Source: a bacterium
Lineage (GTDB): Bacteria > SAR324 > XYD2-FULL-50-16
Assembly (NCBI GenBank): GCA_032250835.1
Contig: JAVVEA010000001.1
Coordinates: forward strand, 32,001 to 96,000
Direction of reading: 5' to 3'
DNA length: 64,000 nt
The notes under the pieces are model-generated. The model saw only the letters and a list, made by a program, of their open reading frames with translations. It did no database searches and was not told where the DNA came from. Both the position numbers and the translations under genes were made by a program. Positions 36,859-48,609 of this stretch are shown here, piece by piece. Every line of letters starts with the position of its first letter. The stretch's first letter is position 1.

Positions 36859-38523
36859 TTAGAGAAGCATAAAGGCGCTACCGACCACAATCGTCGGCAG
36901 TAAGGCAGCCAAAGCGAGGTACAAGGGGACCACGCCGTCAGGGAAATATTTGTTTAAAATCGACTGACCTGCCGGGTTCGGCGCGTTGGCAATGACCGTC
37001 AAACCACCACCGGTTACCGCACCAGCAACCACCGCGTACTTCATGGTGTCGCTAAAGTTAGGCACCAAGGTGGCTAGGTAGGTGATCGCTGCGTTGTCGT
37101 TGAAGGCTGTTAAGACCGTGGCCCCTAACATCAAAGGCAATTCCCCTAAGCTACTTAAGACCGGCTGAATCCACCAGGCCTGAAGGCCGCCGTGGGTAAC
37201 CAAACCAGCCAAGAAGAAACCGACCAACAGGGCGGGCTTGAGGTCAAGGCGGTTTTGGTGGTGTCCGGTAGCTTGGTGGAAACCGATGTAGAACAAGAAG
37301 GCCCCAATAAACAGCGGGGGATGGTGGGCGTTGAACACCGTCCAAACCATGAAGGCCACGTGGACTAACATGATCCAAACCGGAACGGGGTCTTCGCGTA
37401 GGTTCCAGTTCAGGGTCTTTTCGGTTTCGTCGATAGCCGTGGCTTGCGGGCTGTCAAGTTTCTTGAACTCCCAGCGGAAGATCATGAAGTAGATGGCGTT
37501 GTTGATCATGATACCCACCACCGCCTTCCAACCGAAGAAGGTCGCCATATGGGCCATATCCCAGCCCCAAGGTCCGGCAACCATCAAGACCGGCGGCGCG
37601 GCGAAGTGGGTGATGGTACCGCCTACGGAAATGTTCACGAACAACAAGCCGATGGTAGCGTATTTGAACTTGCTACTCGGTTTTTTGTTGTAAAACTGTT
37701 TGGCCAATAACATAGCCGAGATGGTCATAGCGCCCGGCTCGGTGATGAAACTGCCCATGATGGGGCCGATGGTCAGGATCGTCAGCCACCAAGCGGCGGT
37801 TTTACCGCCCAATAATTTGGCAAAAACGGCCAAACCCTTCTCGGCCAACTGAGAGATCGGCCGGGTTGCGGCTAGGGCCATGATCACCACCACAAACATC
37901 GGCTCCGTATAGTTTACGTTGCTGATATATTCAATGGGGGCTTGGAAGCCCTTAAAATAAACCATGGCAAAAAACAAGGCCAAGACCCAAATGCCAAAGA
38001 CCGCTTCGACTTCACCTAAGAAGTGGAAGATTTCTGCTTTAAAGCTCACCTTATCAACCACTTCGCCATGGTAGCGAACGGGCTGGTTCTCGGCGCGAAG
38101 CTTTTTGGCGTGCTCTTCGGCGGCCACGTGGGCGATGTGGGTGAAGCGGCTGGCGGCGAAGGTGTGCAGGATCGCCATCAAGAAGATCAAGCTAGCCACC
38201 AGGTTCAGGGGTTCCATGCCGATCCGGTTGGACAACTGCTCCCCCACGCTTTTGTCCATGTCTTCGTAGATCGGCAGTGGTGGCGGGAAATGGACGGCCT
38301 GGACGAAGTGTCCACCTTCCTGATTGGCTTCGAACCGGGGCTTGGGCCCGAATTCTTTGTCTACATGTTCTCCTGGCTTCGCTGGTGCGCCCTGCTCAGT
38401 GTTCGTAACGGAGTTTTGCGGCTCCGCCATCGCAGAGGGTTCAGACTCGTTGGCGAAGACTGGCGTGCCTAGAGTGGCCAGTGAGATCAAAGCGGCTAAT
38501 AATAGTGAAAGCGAAAGTCTCAT
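36859..38523 (-). CDS. Putative Na+/H+ antiporter (DUF1504-like)
   Basis: FHFLGEVEAVFG, GSFITEP, NISVGG, TAFNDNAAITYL, GGGLTVIANAPNPAG; many TM helices. Confidence 0.85.
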   Translation of the reverse strand: MRLSLSLLLAALISLATLGTPVFANESEPSAMAEPQNSVTNTEQGAPAKPGEHVDKEFGPKPRFEANQEGGHFVQAVHFPPPLPIYEDMDKSVGEQLSNRIGMEPLNLVASLIFLMAILHTFAASRFTHIAHVAAEEHAKKLRAENQPVRYHGEVVDKVSFKAEIFHFLGEVEAVFGIWVLALFFAMVYFKGFQAPIEYISNVNYTEPMFVVVIMALAATRPISQLAEKGLAVFAKLLGGKTAAWWLTILTIGPIMGSFITEPGAMTISAMLLAKQFYNKKPSSKFKYATIGLLFVNISVGGTITHFAAPPVLMVAGPWGWDMAHMATFFGWKAVVGIMINNAIYFMIFRWEFKKLDSPQATAIDETEKTLNWNLREDPVPVWIMLVHVAFMVWTVFNAHHPPLFIGAFLFYIGFHQATGHHQNRLDLKPALLVGFFLAGLVTHGGLQAWWIQPVLSSLGELPLMLGATVLTAFNDNAAITYLATLVPNFSDTMKYAVVAGAVTGGGLTVIANAPNPAGQSILNKYFPDGVVPLYLALAALLPTIVVGSAFMLL

Positions 38524-38709
38524 TGCTTCCTTCGATAGGTTAGCTAAGTGTACGGACCGTGGCCCAAAGCTTATGCTCTGTGGACGAACTTCTGTATAGC
38601 CTTCTTTTTAGCTGCCTTTCAAGGATAAAAAGAAAAATGCAAAAACCGCCCTCTGCACCCGTGGAGCCAGCCTTACACGGGTACTGAAAGAAAAATTTGA
38701 AACCGGCGG

Positions 38710-38763
38710 TTGCCATTTTAAAATTCTTGTTTCATATTGAACTCATCGAGAACAAATGTTCTC
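38710..38763 (+). promoter_or_regulatory. recA promoter with putative LexA (SOS) box
   Basis: TTGCCA-N17-CATATT (38710-38738) followed by the perfect palindrome GAGAAC-AAAT-GTTCTC (38748-38763). Confidence 0.7.
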
Positions 38764-38807
38764 TTTTGAACCTGCCCCCTGGGGGGCCTAAGCCAAAGGG
38801 ATTCAGG

Positions 38808-39851
38808 ATGTGGGATAAAGAAAAGACGCGTGCAATTGAAGGGGCCTTAAGCCAAATCGACCGCCAGTACGGCAAAGGCGCAATTATGCGCATGGGCGAA
38901 GAAGGGGCTAAAAGCTACCCCTGCCACCCGACCGGGATTTTAAGTCTGGACGTGGCCATGGGTATCGGCGGCCTTCCGGTGGGCCGGGTGGTCGAGATTT
39001 ACGGCAAAGAGTCCAGCGGCAAAACCACCATCGCGTTGCACGCCATTGCCGAAGTGCAAAAGAAGGGCGGCGTAGCGGCCTTCATTGATGCCGAACACGC
39101 GCTGGACGTCCAGTATGCCCGTAAGTTGGGCGTCAAGGTTGAGGACCTACTGCTTTCCCAGCCCGATTACGGCGAACAGGCCTTAGAAATCACCGATATT
39201 TTGGTCCGCTCCGGTGGGATCGATTTGATCGTCGTGGACTCGGTAGCCGCCTTGGTGCCCCGCGCCGAGATCAACGGTGAAATGGGTGACAGCCATGTAG
39301 GACTTCAGGCCCGCTTGATGTCTCAGGCGCTGCGTAAATTGACGGGTAACCTCAATAAAAGCCACTGCACCATCATCTTCATCAACCAACTTAGGATGAA
39401 GATTGGCGTCATGTATGGAAACCCTGAGGTCACGACCGGCGGTAACGCCCTAAAGTTTTACGCTTCGGTCCGCTTAGACATCCGCCGAGTTACGGACATC
39501 AAGCAGGGTGAGCAGATCATCGGCACCCGCTCGCGGATTAAGGTGGTTAAAAACAAGATGGCCCCTCCTTTTAAAGTGATCGAATTTGATATCATGTTCG
39601 GCGAAGGCGTCTCTAAGCTAGGTGACGTGCTGGACTTGGCGGCCGATGCGGGCATCGTCAAAAAGAGTGGCTCTTGGTACAGCTATGGTGACGAGCGGAT
39701 CGGCCAGGGACGTGAAAACGCTAAAACCTACCTAGACGAACATCCCGAAATGGCCAGCAAGATAGACCAAGCGGTACGCGCTCAATATGAATTTGGCGGC
39801 GCTAACCTACCGGTGCGCGCTAATGAAGAAGAAGCAACCGAAGAGGATTGA
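38808..39851 (+). CDS. recA: Recombinase A
   Basis: [39 protein letters not shown]; real start is the ATG at 38808. Confidence 0.98.
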   Translation: MWDKEKTRAIEGALSQIDRQYGKGAIMRMGEEGAKSYPCHPTGILSLDVAMGIGGLPVGRVVEIYGKESSGKTTIALHAIAEVQKKGGVAAFIDAEHALDVQYARKLGVKVEDLLLSQPDYGEQALEITDILVRSGGIDLIVVDSVAALVPRAEINGEMGDSHVGLQARLMSQALRKLTGNLNKSHCTIIFINQLRMKIGVMYGNPEVTTGGNALKFYASVRLDIRRVTDIKQGEQIIGTRSRIKVVKNKMAPPFKVIEFDIMFGEGVSKLGDVLDLAADAGIVKKSGSWYSYGDERIGQGRENAKTYLDEHPEMASKIDQAVRAQYEFGGANLPVRANEEEATEED

Positions 39852-40181
39852 TCCCAAAGGCCCCGAATCCATTAGATGCCTCGGTCTTTGGGTCTTGGCT
39901 TTCCTTTGGCTTGGGGCTAAAGCCCGGTACTTGCCCGTTGCCTTAAGCTCGCCCCCAAGGGCTGGGCTGGACCAACGTCCAGCCCAGCTGTTTCATGGGT
40001 CTTCCCCACTCAGCTCACTACCTCGTTGGTCCTACGGATTCTTGAATTTACGCTTAAGACCTTGAGTCGAACCGGGGCACCTTGCTCCAAAGCCCGCCGA
40101 GCCTTGTCCCCTTCGGATCAAAAAACTCCCAAAAATTCCCTCTTGATCTTTAGCCGGTCTTTTGCGTATATTGGGCTAGTT

Positions 40182-40208
40182 TTAGCACTCAGCTTCATTG
40201 AGTGCTAA
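40182..40208 (+). promoter_or_regulatory. CIRCE element (HrcA operator)
   Basis: Exact TTAGCACTC-N9-GAGTGCTAA, downstream of TTGATC-N18-TATATT (40143-40172) and upstream of groES. Confidence 0.97.
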
Positions 40209-40286
40209 TCGTAATTTTAGCATGCTGAAACAGGCTTTTGGGTTTCCTGAGCCTCAATTACCAACATCTTACGAGGGAATTGGAAG

Positions 40287-40577
40287 ATGCAGATCAGACC
40301 GTTGCATGACCGCGTTATCGTTAAGCGCAAAGAAGCTGTTACCACGACCGCAAGCGGGATCATCATTCCCGACACGGCCAAAGAAAAGCCCCAAGAGGGC
40401 GAGGTAATCGCCGTTGGTAAAGGCGTCCGCAAAGATGACGGCAGCTTTGCTGCTCTGGACGTCAAAGCAGGCGACAAGATCCTGTTCGGCAAATATGCCG
40501 GAACCGAAATCAATGTGGAAGGGGACACCTTCCTGATGATGAAGGAAGACGAGATTCTCGGGGTGATTGAGGGTTAA
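40287..40577 (+). CDS. groES: Co-chaperonin GroES
   Basis: [28 protein letters not shown]. Confidence 0.98.
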   Translation: MQIRPLHDRVIVKRKEAVTTTASGIIIPDTAKEKPQEGEVIAVGKGVRKDDGSFAALDVKAGDKILFGKYAGTEINVEGDTFLMMKEDEILGVIEG

Positions 40578-42296
<1,719 letters not shown>

Positions 42297-42325
42297 TCCC
42301 CCAGTCCCTAGTCTAGCTTTTTGAG

Positions 42326-42363
42326 AAGACCGGCGTTCCCCCTGGGAGCGCCGGTCTTTTTTT
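42326..42363 (+). terminator. groESL intrinsic terminator
   Basis: AAGACCGGCGTTCC...GGAGCGCCGGTCTTTTTTT. Confidence 0.9.
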
Positions 42364-42468
42364 GTTTTTAGCAGAATTTTTGAAGGCTCTTAAAATGAGT
42401 TTTACTGTTTCGCAGAGCAATAAGCTGTTAAAATGAGAGACAACACACTTCCACCCTTAGAGGCAAAA

Positions 42469-43164
42469 ATGACCTTTCAAGAACTTATGTCGCACCTGAA
42501 GGAAATTGGCACCGAACAAAACCGAAAGATCTATCGGCGGCATGGTGCCGGTGAGTCGCTTTTCGGTGTGAGTTTTAAGGATTTGGACCGGATCAAGGCG
42601 GAACTGGGCAGCAATTTGGATCTAGCGCGCAAGCTTTGGCAAAGCGGCAACGCCGATGCCCGTTCCTTGGCCTTGAAAATTGGAGAGGAGCTTAGTTTTG
42701 AAGAAGCCCAAAAGTGGGCCCAGGAGGTTAACTACTACGTCCATGCCGAGCTTTTAGCCAAGCTGGCGGCAAAGCGCGATTGGTCCTTAAAGGCCTTAAA
42801 AAAATGGACCCAAGGAGGGTCCGACTGGCTTCAGGCTACGGGCTATGACTTGCTGGCGCATTTGCTGAAAGAAGAGGCTAAATTAAAGGCAAAATTGCCC
42901 TCCTTCGAACTGGATGCCGAAGAGGTGAAGGGCTATCTGCAGATGATCGAACAGCAAATAGGCCAGTCGGCCAACCGGGCTCGGCACAGCATGAACCGTG
43001 CATTGATCGCAATGGGTACCTATCGCTCGGAGTTGCGCGACCAGGTTTTTGAGGTCCTTGAACGGATTGGACCGGTCCAGGTAGACCATGGGCAGACCGA
43101 CTGCAAAACCCCTAGCGCGAAAGAGTATATCTTAAAGGCGCTGCAAAGGGGTTCTAAGAAGTGA
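42469..43164 (+). CDS. AlkD-like HEAT-repeat DNA alkylation repair protein
   Basis: IYRRHGA..LFGV, LWQSGN.DAR.LA, IGPVQVDHG.T.CKTP. Confidence 0.8.
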   Translation: MTFQELMSHLKEIGTEQNRKIYRRHGAGESLFGVSFKDLDRIKAELGSNLDLARKLWQSGNADARSLALKIGEELSFEEAQKWAQEVNYYVHAELLAKLAAKRDWSLKALKKWTQGGSDWLQATGYDLLAHLLKEEAKLKAKLPSFELDAEEVKGYLQMIEQQIGQSANRARHSMNRALIAMGTYRSELRDQVFEVLERIGPVQVDHGQTDCKTPSAKEYILKALQRGSKK

Positions 43165-44302
43165 TTTGGCGAACCTGCTGTACAGCCGAAGCGAAGGCTT
43201 TGGCCGCCTCGGCTGGCGACCATTTTAACTCTAAAGGGCTGAAGCTAAGCCGCAAGGTGCGGCGGATTTGCAGGTCGTTAAGGCCCAGCGCACGCAAAAC
43301 TGGGCTTAGCTTTTTTGAGCGCGCCTGACAGGCACTCCCCTGGCTGGCCAGAATCCCTTCGGCGGCGAGGTGGTGCAGCAGCACCTCGCCCAGCGCCCCG
43401 TCCATATACAAAGCACGTATATGGGGGACCCGCTGAGCACCCCCGACAAAATGCAGGCCCGAAACCTGATCGCTGAGTTTTTTAAAAAACGAATCGGCCC
43501 AGTTTTCGACTGCCTCTTGGTTGGCCGCGCGGTTCGACTCGGCCCATTGGGCGGCCCAAGCCAGAGCCCGTATGGCCGGTAAGTTTTCGGTGCCCGAGCG
43601 TAACCCCGACTCTTGCCCGCCGCCGCTAATTTGAGCCTCCATCGGGATATTGCGGGCCCGCAGTAGGGCCCCGGCTCCGAGCAGCCCATGGACCTTGTGA
43701 CCGCTGATTGAATAGAGGTCTATGCTCCATTTGCGTAAGTTGGGCTCGATCTTGCCTAAGGCTTGGACGCCATCGCTGTGGAAGACGGCTTGGGGAGCCT
43801 TTTGGCGGATGACTCTCCCGATTTCGGCTAGGTCTTGTACCAGACCGGTCTCACTGTTGACGTGTTGGATTGAAACCAATGTCGTCTCCGCCGATAACTT
43901 GGCTTCCAAATCAGCCAAATCCACTTGGCCGGTGGCGGGCTCAATCTCGACCCAATCAACTGAACCGCCGATGGATTGGTACCATGCGGCCGCTTCGGAG
44001 ACGGCTTTGTGTTCGAGATGGGTGGTCAGGAACCGCCCGCGCGGTTTACCGGCGCGGAACAAGACCCCTTTAATTGCCAAATTGTCTGATTCGGTGCCCG
44101 AAGCAACAAAGGTAACCCCTTCGGCAGGCAGGCTGAACAACTGCCCTAGCGACATCCGGGCCGCTTGTAGCAGCTTGCGCTGCTCTAGGCCCCAAGGGTG
44201 GACTGAAGAGGGGTTGGCGTGGGGTTGTTGGTAATGCTGGTGCAGTAGCGCCAGCACTTCCGGGTGTGGGGCCGTACTGGCGGCGGCATCGAGATACAGC
44301 AC
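43154..44302 (-). CDS. Cysteine desulfurase, group I (IscS/NifS-like)
   Basis: YLDAAAST, ANPSS.H, SGTESDN, SGHK (PLP Lys), RSGTEN, GSAC. Confidence 0.9.
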   Translation of the reverse strand: MLYLDAAASTAPHPEVLALLHQHYQQPHANPSSVHPWGLEQRKLLQAARMSLGQLFSLPAEGVTFVASGTESDNLAIKGVLFRAGKPRGRFLTTHLEHKAVSEAAAWYQSIGGSVDWVEIEPATGQVDLADLEAKLSAETTLVSIQHVNSETGLVQDLAEIGRVIRQKAPQAVFHSDGVQALGKIEPNLRKWSIDLYSISGHKVHGLLGAGALLRARNIPMEAQISGGGQESGLRSGTENLPAIRALAWAAQWAESNRAANQEAVENWADSFFKKLSDQVSGLHFVGGAQRVPHIRALYMDGALGEVLLHHLAAEGILASQGSACQARSKKLSPVLRALGLNDLQIRRTLRLSFSPLELKWSPAEAAKAFASAVQQVRQITS

Positions 44303-44304
44303 CC

Positions 44305-45114
44305 TTATCCGGCCAAATGGCGGTAGGCATTTTTAAAGAAGCGCAGCCCTTCCCCGTCCGTCTCCCCTTTTGGTAGGCGGGTCCAGTGGGGGTGGTTGGT
44401 ATGGTGGTTATAGGCTTCTGGGTGCGGCATCAGACCCAATACGTTGCCCCCGGCATTGCCCAGCCCGGCCACGTTGTTCCATGATCCATTGGGGTTGGCG
44501 GGGTATTCGGCAGTCGAATTGCCCTGGTCGTCGGCGTAATATAACAGGTCCAGTGCTTCGGCTTGAATCCGTTGGGCTACTTGCTCATTGGACACCACAA
44601 TCTTGCCCTCTCCGTGGCGGATGGGCAGGTAAATTTGCTCGATGCCCTGTAAGAAGATATTGTTGGAGCGCTCGTTGACCTTGGTGTGGACCCAGCGGTC
44701 TTCGAAGATGCCACTGGAATTATGGGTCAAGGTTACGGACTGGCCGCCTTGGGCCAGTTCTTCAAAGGGAAGCAAACCTAGCTTAACCAATAATTGGAAC
44801 CCATTGCAGATTCCCATCACCAAATGCCCTTGGGCCACAAATTCGGCGAGTTGGTCTTTCAGCTCGCCTTGGGCATTGGTGCTGTATTTGTATCGGTTGG
44901 CTCCGACCCTGGCACTGCCCAGGTAGTCGCCGTCTAAAAAACCACCAATAAAGATCAGGAAGTCGTAATCGCCCAAAGAAACCTGCCCACGGAGTAGCTC
45001 AAGGCTATGGCGTACCTCTACTTTGGCGGCGCCGGAACGCTCGCATGCATAGGCCGTTTCGCGTTCGCAGTTAAGGCCCAGGCCGGAAAGGATCAGCGTA
45101 CCTTTGTTGTTCAT
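44305..45114 (-). CDS. purQ: Phosphoribosylformylglycinamidine synthase glutaminase subunit
   Basis: GLNCERET, GGFLDGDYL, GICNGFQ, HGEG, YPANPNGS, LMPHPE. Confidence 0.93.
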   Translation of the reverse strand: MNNKGTLILSGLGLNCERETAYACERSGAAKVEVRHSLELLRGQVSLGDYDFLIFIGGFLDGDYLGSARVGANRYKYSTNAQGELKDQLAEFVAQGHLVMGICNGFQLLVKLGLLPFEELAQGGQSVTLTHNSSGIFEDRWVHTKVNERSNNIFLQGIEQIYLPIRHGEGKIVVSNEQVAQRIQAEALDLLYYADDQGNSTAEYPANPNGSWNNVAGLGNAGGNVLGLMPHPEAYNHHTNHPHWTRLPKGETDGEGLRFFKNAYRHLAG

Positions 45115-45213
45115 CGACTTATCAGGGGAAAGGGGGGTTGTTCAGGTCGTTGTAGCGCCTTTTTAAGATTCTGAAAAGCCCCGCCTTGACTAGTTGCCAA
45201 CGCCAAGGCGACA

Positions 45214-48200
45214 ATGGGCTTTACCCCTAATATGGCACCTATGAATCACCAGCCTGACGCTCCCTTTAACTTTTCTGCGGCCTTTGACGCTAAAAGCGTC
45301 GCAGGCCTGTCCCTTAAGGACCGCAAAGGGGTTTATAAGGAATTTTTCACCGAGCAGTGGGAGTCCTTTAAAGCCGCCGAGGCAAAGTCGGCGCTGCTCA
45401 GCCGAGACGCCTTGGTTGATGTGGCCCGTCTATGCCGCTGGATGAGTGACTGGATTGTGTTTAGCTGGGATTTTGTGGTCAGTGAAGAGCCTTTGGTGAT
45501 GCGCGAATTGGCCGCTGAGTCTAAGTCGAAGCTTGACTACCTGCGCTCTGGTTTACCTAAAAAATCCGAGAAAGCCAAAGAACTGAACCAGATTTTATAT
45601 CTCGAAGACGGCAGTAAGGCCCCCATGGACCCGGCTGAACATGCCTATTACGACAAGCTGCTGATCGAACTGACCGAAGAGGTGGTTCAGGGTGAAAAGG
45701 AAATGGCCCGCATTTCGGAGACCTTGCCCCAGTTAGAGTCCTATCGTTCTAAGCCCGGTGCCTACCGCAAGTTCTTTTGCATCATGGCCCGTGGGGGCTT
45801 TGGGCGGGGAGAGCTGACCTATTCGAGCGACGTGGACATTGCCTATCTGGTGGACCCGACCAACCGCAATCTTCTGGAACTTTCGGCGATTCAAGAGCTG
45901 ATCCGGCGGTTAGAAGAACTTTTTGTGGACCTTCCACTAGAACTGGCGAGCCAATACTTTGAGCTTCATGAGGATCTAAGCCGCTTTTCTGAGACCCAGG
46001 CACTACATGCGATCCCTTCTATTTTAGAAGCCAAGGTGATTTTAGGCAACGAGCGCACCTTGCGCGCCTTTAAGGCCCAGATGCGCCAAGCTTGCCCGAA
46101 GGAAAAGCTGATTCGGTTCCTCCGGACTCAGTCAGCGGAGTTGGTTCCCGCCAGGATCGACGAACTTCACATCAAAGCCGGTCAGGGCGGTCTGCGGCAT
46201 TTGCAGTATGTCTTTTGGACCCTAGTGGTGCTGTTGGAGCCCAACAAGACCACTACCTTAGAATTGGCCGATGAGTTGCTCCGCCGCCGCTGGATCACCC
46301 GCGTTGAGGCGGATATTCTGCGCCAGACCTTAGAATTTTATCTAGATCTACGAAACTTCCTGGGGCTTTTTGAGCATTACCGGCCTCAGTTAGCGCTTAT
46401 GGGTGAAAAGGACCTAGCCAAAGAGCCACTTAAGATCGACCGGTTTAACGACCGCGCCGCCATGGCCTATTTGAAAATCAAAGTCCGTTTCACCACCATC
46501 GACCAACTGGACCGCTTTCGCCTCAATTCAGCCAGGCAGTTTTCGCGGATCGCCGAAAAGGTGCTGTATCAGGTCTTAGACCGAAGTTTTGAAGAGAAAT
46601 TGACCCATTTCCGGCTGGTCAAGCACCTGCGTTCTAACGAGGTTCAAAAGCTGTTGTCTTACGATGCTGCCGGCAGGCAACGTACCAGCGATTTAAATCT
46701 ATTCTTGGATTGGGAGGCCCTATTTGAGCTCTTCTTGTATCTCGCCAACAACGGCAACGCCTTAAGCTCCCAATTGAGCGAAGGCTTTAGCGTTTTGCTT
46801 GGTGATTTGTATCCTAAGCTGGAGCAGATCCCTAAAGAATCGCTCAAAGATTTTATTTACCAGCTATTTAGGGCAGATTACGCTTCGGCGGCCATTGGGC
46901 AGATGTTAGAAATCTCCCTGCCTTTGTCGTCCACGGGAGATGCCAAGACGCTACTGGGCCTGTTCCTGCCTGAGGTGAATAAGATGCGCTATTTGCTGCG
47001 TAATCTTGAGGTGCATTCTTACCCGCTCTGTGAACATTCGCTGAAGGCGATCGGGCAAATGGAAAAGGAAATCGTGGCGTTCCGGTCTAAGGAGCCCGAG
47101 CTATGGCGGTTCTTAGAAGATGAAGACATTTTTAGCCTCAAGTGGTCGATTTTTTTCCATGACCTCGGCAAGATCAACCCTTACAAAGACCATGAGCAAT
47201 ACGGTCCGAAGTTGGCGGGGGGGATGTTGGTACGGCTTGGCTTTGACGGCAATTCAGACCAACTAGAAATGATCCGCTTGTTAGTACAGCACCACCAATC
47301 CATGGTGCGCTACAGTAAGCTGTCGACGCACATGGACCTAGGCATCCTTAAGTTCTTTGAACTCGCCCAGCGGGACCCTAAGCGGTTGATTTTACTTTAT
47401 ATGATCAACATCAGCGACTTCAAGTCCGTCAACGCCAGGATGCATGAAAAAGCCGGGCATCTAGAAGATTTTTTTGAGCGGACCCTGGCTATTTTAGAAG
47501 AATTCCGCCGCCGGGGCCATGAGAAGACCCTGACCCAAACGATCAACCACTTCTTAGACGCTAAGGTAGAAGAGCAAAAAGATGCGGTGGTTTTGGATCT
47601 TTTGCTTCGTCAGTCCTGTAACCGCAGCCTAGACGAGGTGATCACCGAGCCCCTAAAGGCGCTATCTACCGGCGAGGCCGAAGCCTTAGACAAATACCGC
47701 CGGGAGTTGAGCAGTTCGGCCCATTACATCCATCTAGGCGAATTAGACGAAAAGTCGCTAGAGAAGCACTACGTTAGGTTTTGCCGTATCTTAAGCGACA
47801 ACTTGAGCCGGCCGACCCGCTTTCTTTTGGCGGAGCCTTATATAAACAACTGGGATTGGTTTTTCGCCACCATCCCGAACCGTTACCTACTCAGCGCTTC
47901 ACCCCAGCGTTTAGCCCACCAGTTGATTGACTTCGACGCCGAGGAACGCGATGACCTTCGCTTTTCCTTTGTCAAAGGCGGCCCCGGTGAATACGATAGC
48001 CTGCTGTTTTACTCAATGCATGACTTAAATGTTCAGGCCAAAATCGCCTTTGCCCTCAACGCCAAGGGAATCAACCTTGAACTGGGCAAGATCAATCAAG
48101 TGCGCTATGCTGACGGTAAATTTGGCATTGTAGGCTTTTTCCAAGGGACCAGCGGGAACAAGGCCAATATTTCGGGCGTCGAGTTAGAGAGCATGGTGGC

Positions 48201-48579
48201 CAACCTGCAACCGCCCGATTTAGCCCACGGAGCCCACCGCAAGGCCTATGCCGGTATGGTGCAAGTGCAATACATGCTCGAGCGAGAAAAGGGCTATTTG
48301 GTGGTCGAGACCCTCGATGGGAGCTTTCAGCGCGAGCCGATCGAATGCTGGGCCGTAAAGGTTTCCTTGACCGATGCGCCCTATGGGTATTTCAAGATCA
48401 TGATGGCGCTACAGGCGCTAAACGTTACGCCGCTTCAGGTCACGGTGACCACCATCGGCAACCAGATTGTGGACTACTTTTATGTACGTCCCGACGATTG
48501 CGCCAGGCTAAAAGAAGGCGGTTTTGAGCCGCTACTCAGTCACTACATGGGCTCTGAGATACAGGCTCAGGGGATTTAA
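45214..48579 (+). CDS. glnD: Long, divergent GlnD-like protein (NTase-HD-ACT)
   Basis: ARGGFGRGEL..SSDVD, IK.G.GGLR, EHSL..FHDLGK, C-terminal ACT (TTIGNQIVDYFYV). Confidence 0.7.
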   Translation: MGFTPNMAPMNHQPDAPFNFSAAFDAKSVAGLSLKDRKGVYKEFFTEQWESFKAAEAKSALLSRDALVDVARLCRWMSDWIVFSWDFVVSEEPLVMRELAAESKSKLDYLRSGLPKKSEKAKELNQILYLEDGSKAPMDPAEHAYYDKLLIELTEEVVQGEKEMARISETLPQLESYRSKPGAYRKFFCIMARGGFGRGELTYSSDVDIAYLVDPTNRNLLELSAIQELIRRLEELFVDLPLELASQYFELHEDLSRFSETQALHAIPSILEAKVILGNERTLRAFKAQMRQACPKEKLIRFLRTQSAELVPARIDELHIKAGQGGLRHLQYVFWTLVVLLEPNKTTTLELADELLRRRWITRVEADILRQTLEFYLDLRNFLGLFEHYRPQLALMGEKDLAKEPLKIDRFNDRAAMAYLKIKVRFTTIDQLDRFRLNSARQFSRIAEKVLYQVLDRSFEEKLTHFRLVKHLRSNEVQKLLSYDAAGRQRTSDLNLFLDWEALFELFLYLANNGNALSSQLSEGFSVLLGDLYPKLEQIPKESLKDFIYQLFRADYASAAIGQMLEISLPLSSTGDAKTLLGLFLPEVNKMRYLLRNLEVHSYPLCEHSLKAIGQMEKEIVAFRSKEPELWRFLEDEDIFSLKWSIFFHDLGKINPYKDHEQYGPKLAGGMLVRLGFDGNSDQLEMIRLLVQHHQSMVRYSKLSTHMDLGILKFFELAQRDPKRLILLYMINISDFKSVNARMHEKAGHLEDFFERTLAILEEFRRRGHEKTLTQTINHFLDAKVEEQKDAVVLDLLLRQSCNRSLDEVITEPLKALSTGEAEALDKYRRELSSSAHYIHLGELDEKSLEKHYVRFCRILSDNLSRPTRFLLAEPYINNWDWFFATIPNRYLLSASPQRLAHQLIDFDAEERDDLRFSFVKGGPGEYDSLLFYSMHDLNVQAKIAFALNAKGINLELGKINQVRYADGKFGIVGFFQGTSGNKANISGVELESMVANLQPPDLAHGAHRKAYAGMVQVQYMLEREKGYLVVETLDGSFQREPIECWAVKVSLTDAPYGYFKIMMALQALNVTPLQVTVTTIGNQIVDYFYVRPDDCARLKEGGFEPLLSHYMGSEIQAQGI

Positions 48580-48609
48580 GCACAGACGTCTTCTAAGGGA
48601 GAGAATTCG

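Noticed and set aside
38697-38807. N-terminal extension of RecA
   Set aside because: It overlaps the promoter and palindrome; RecA homology starts at the ATG at 38808.
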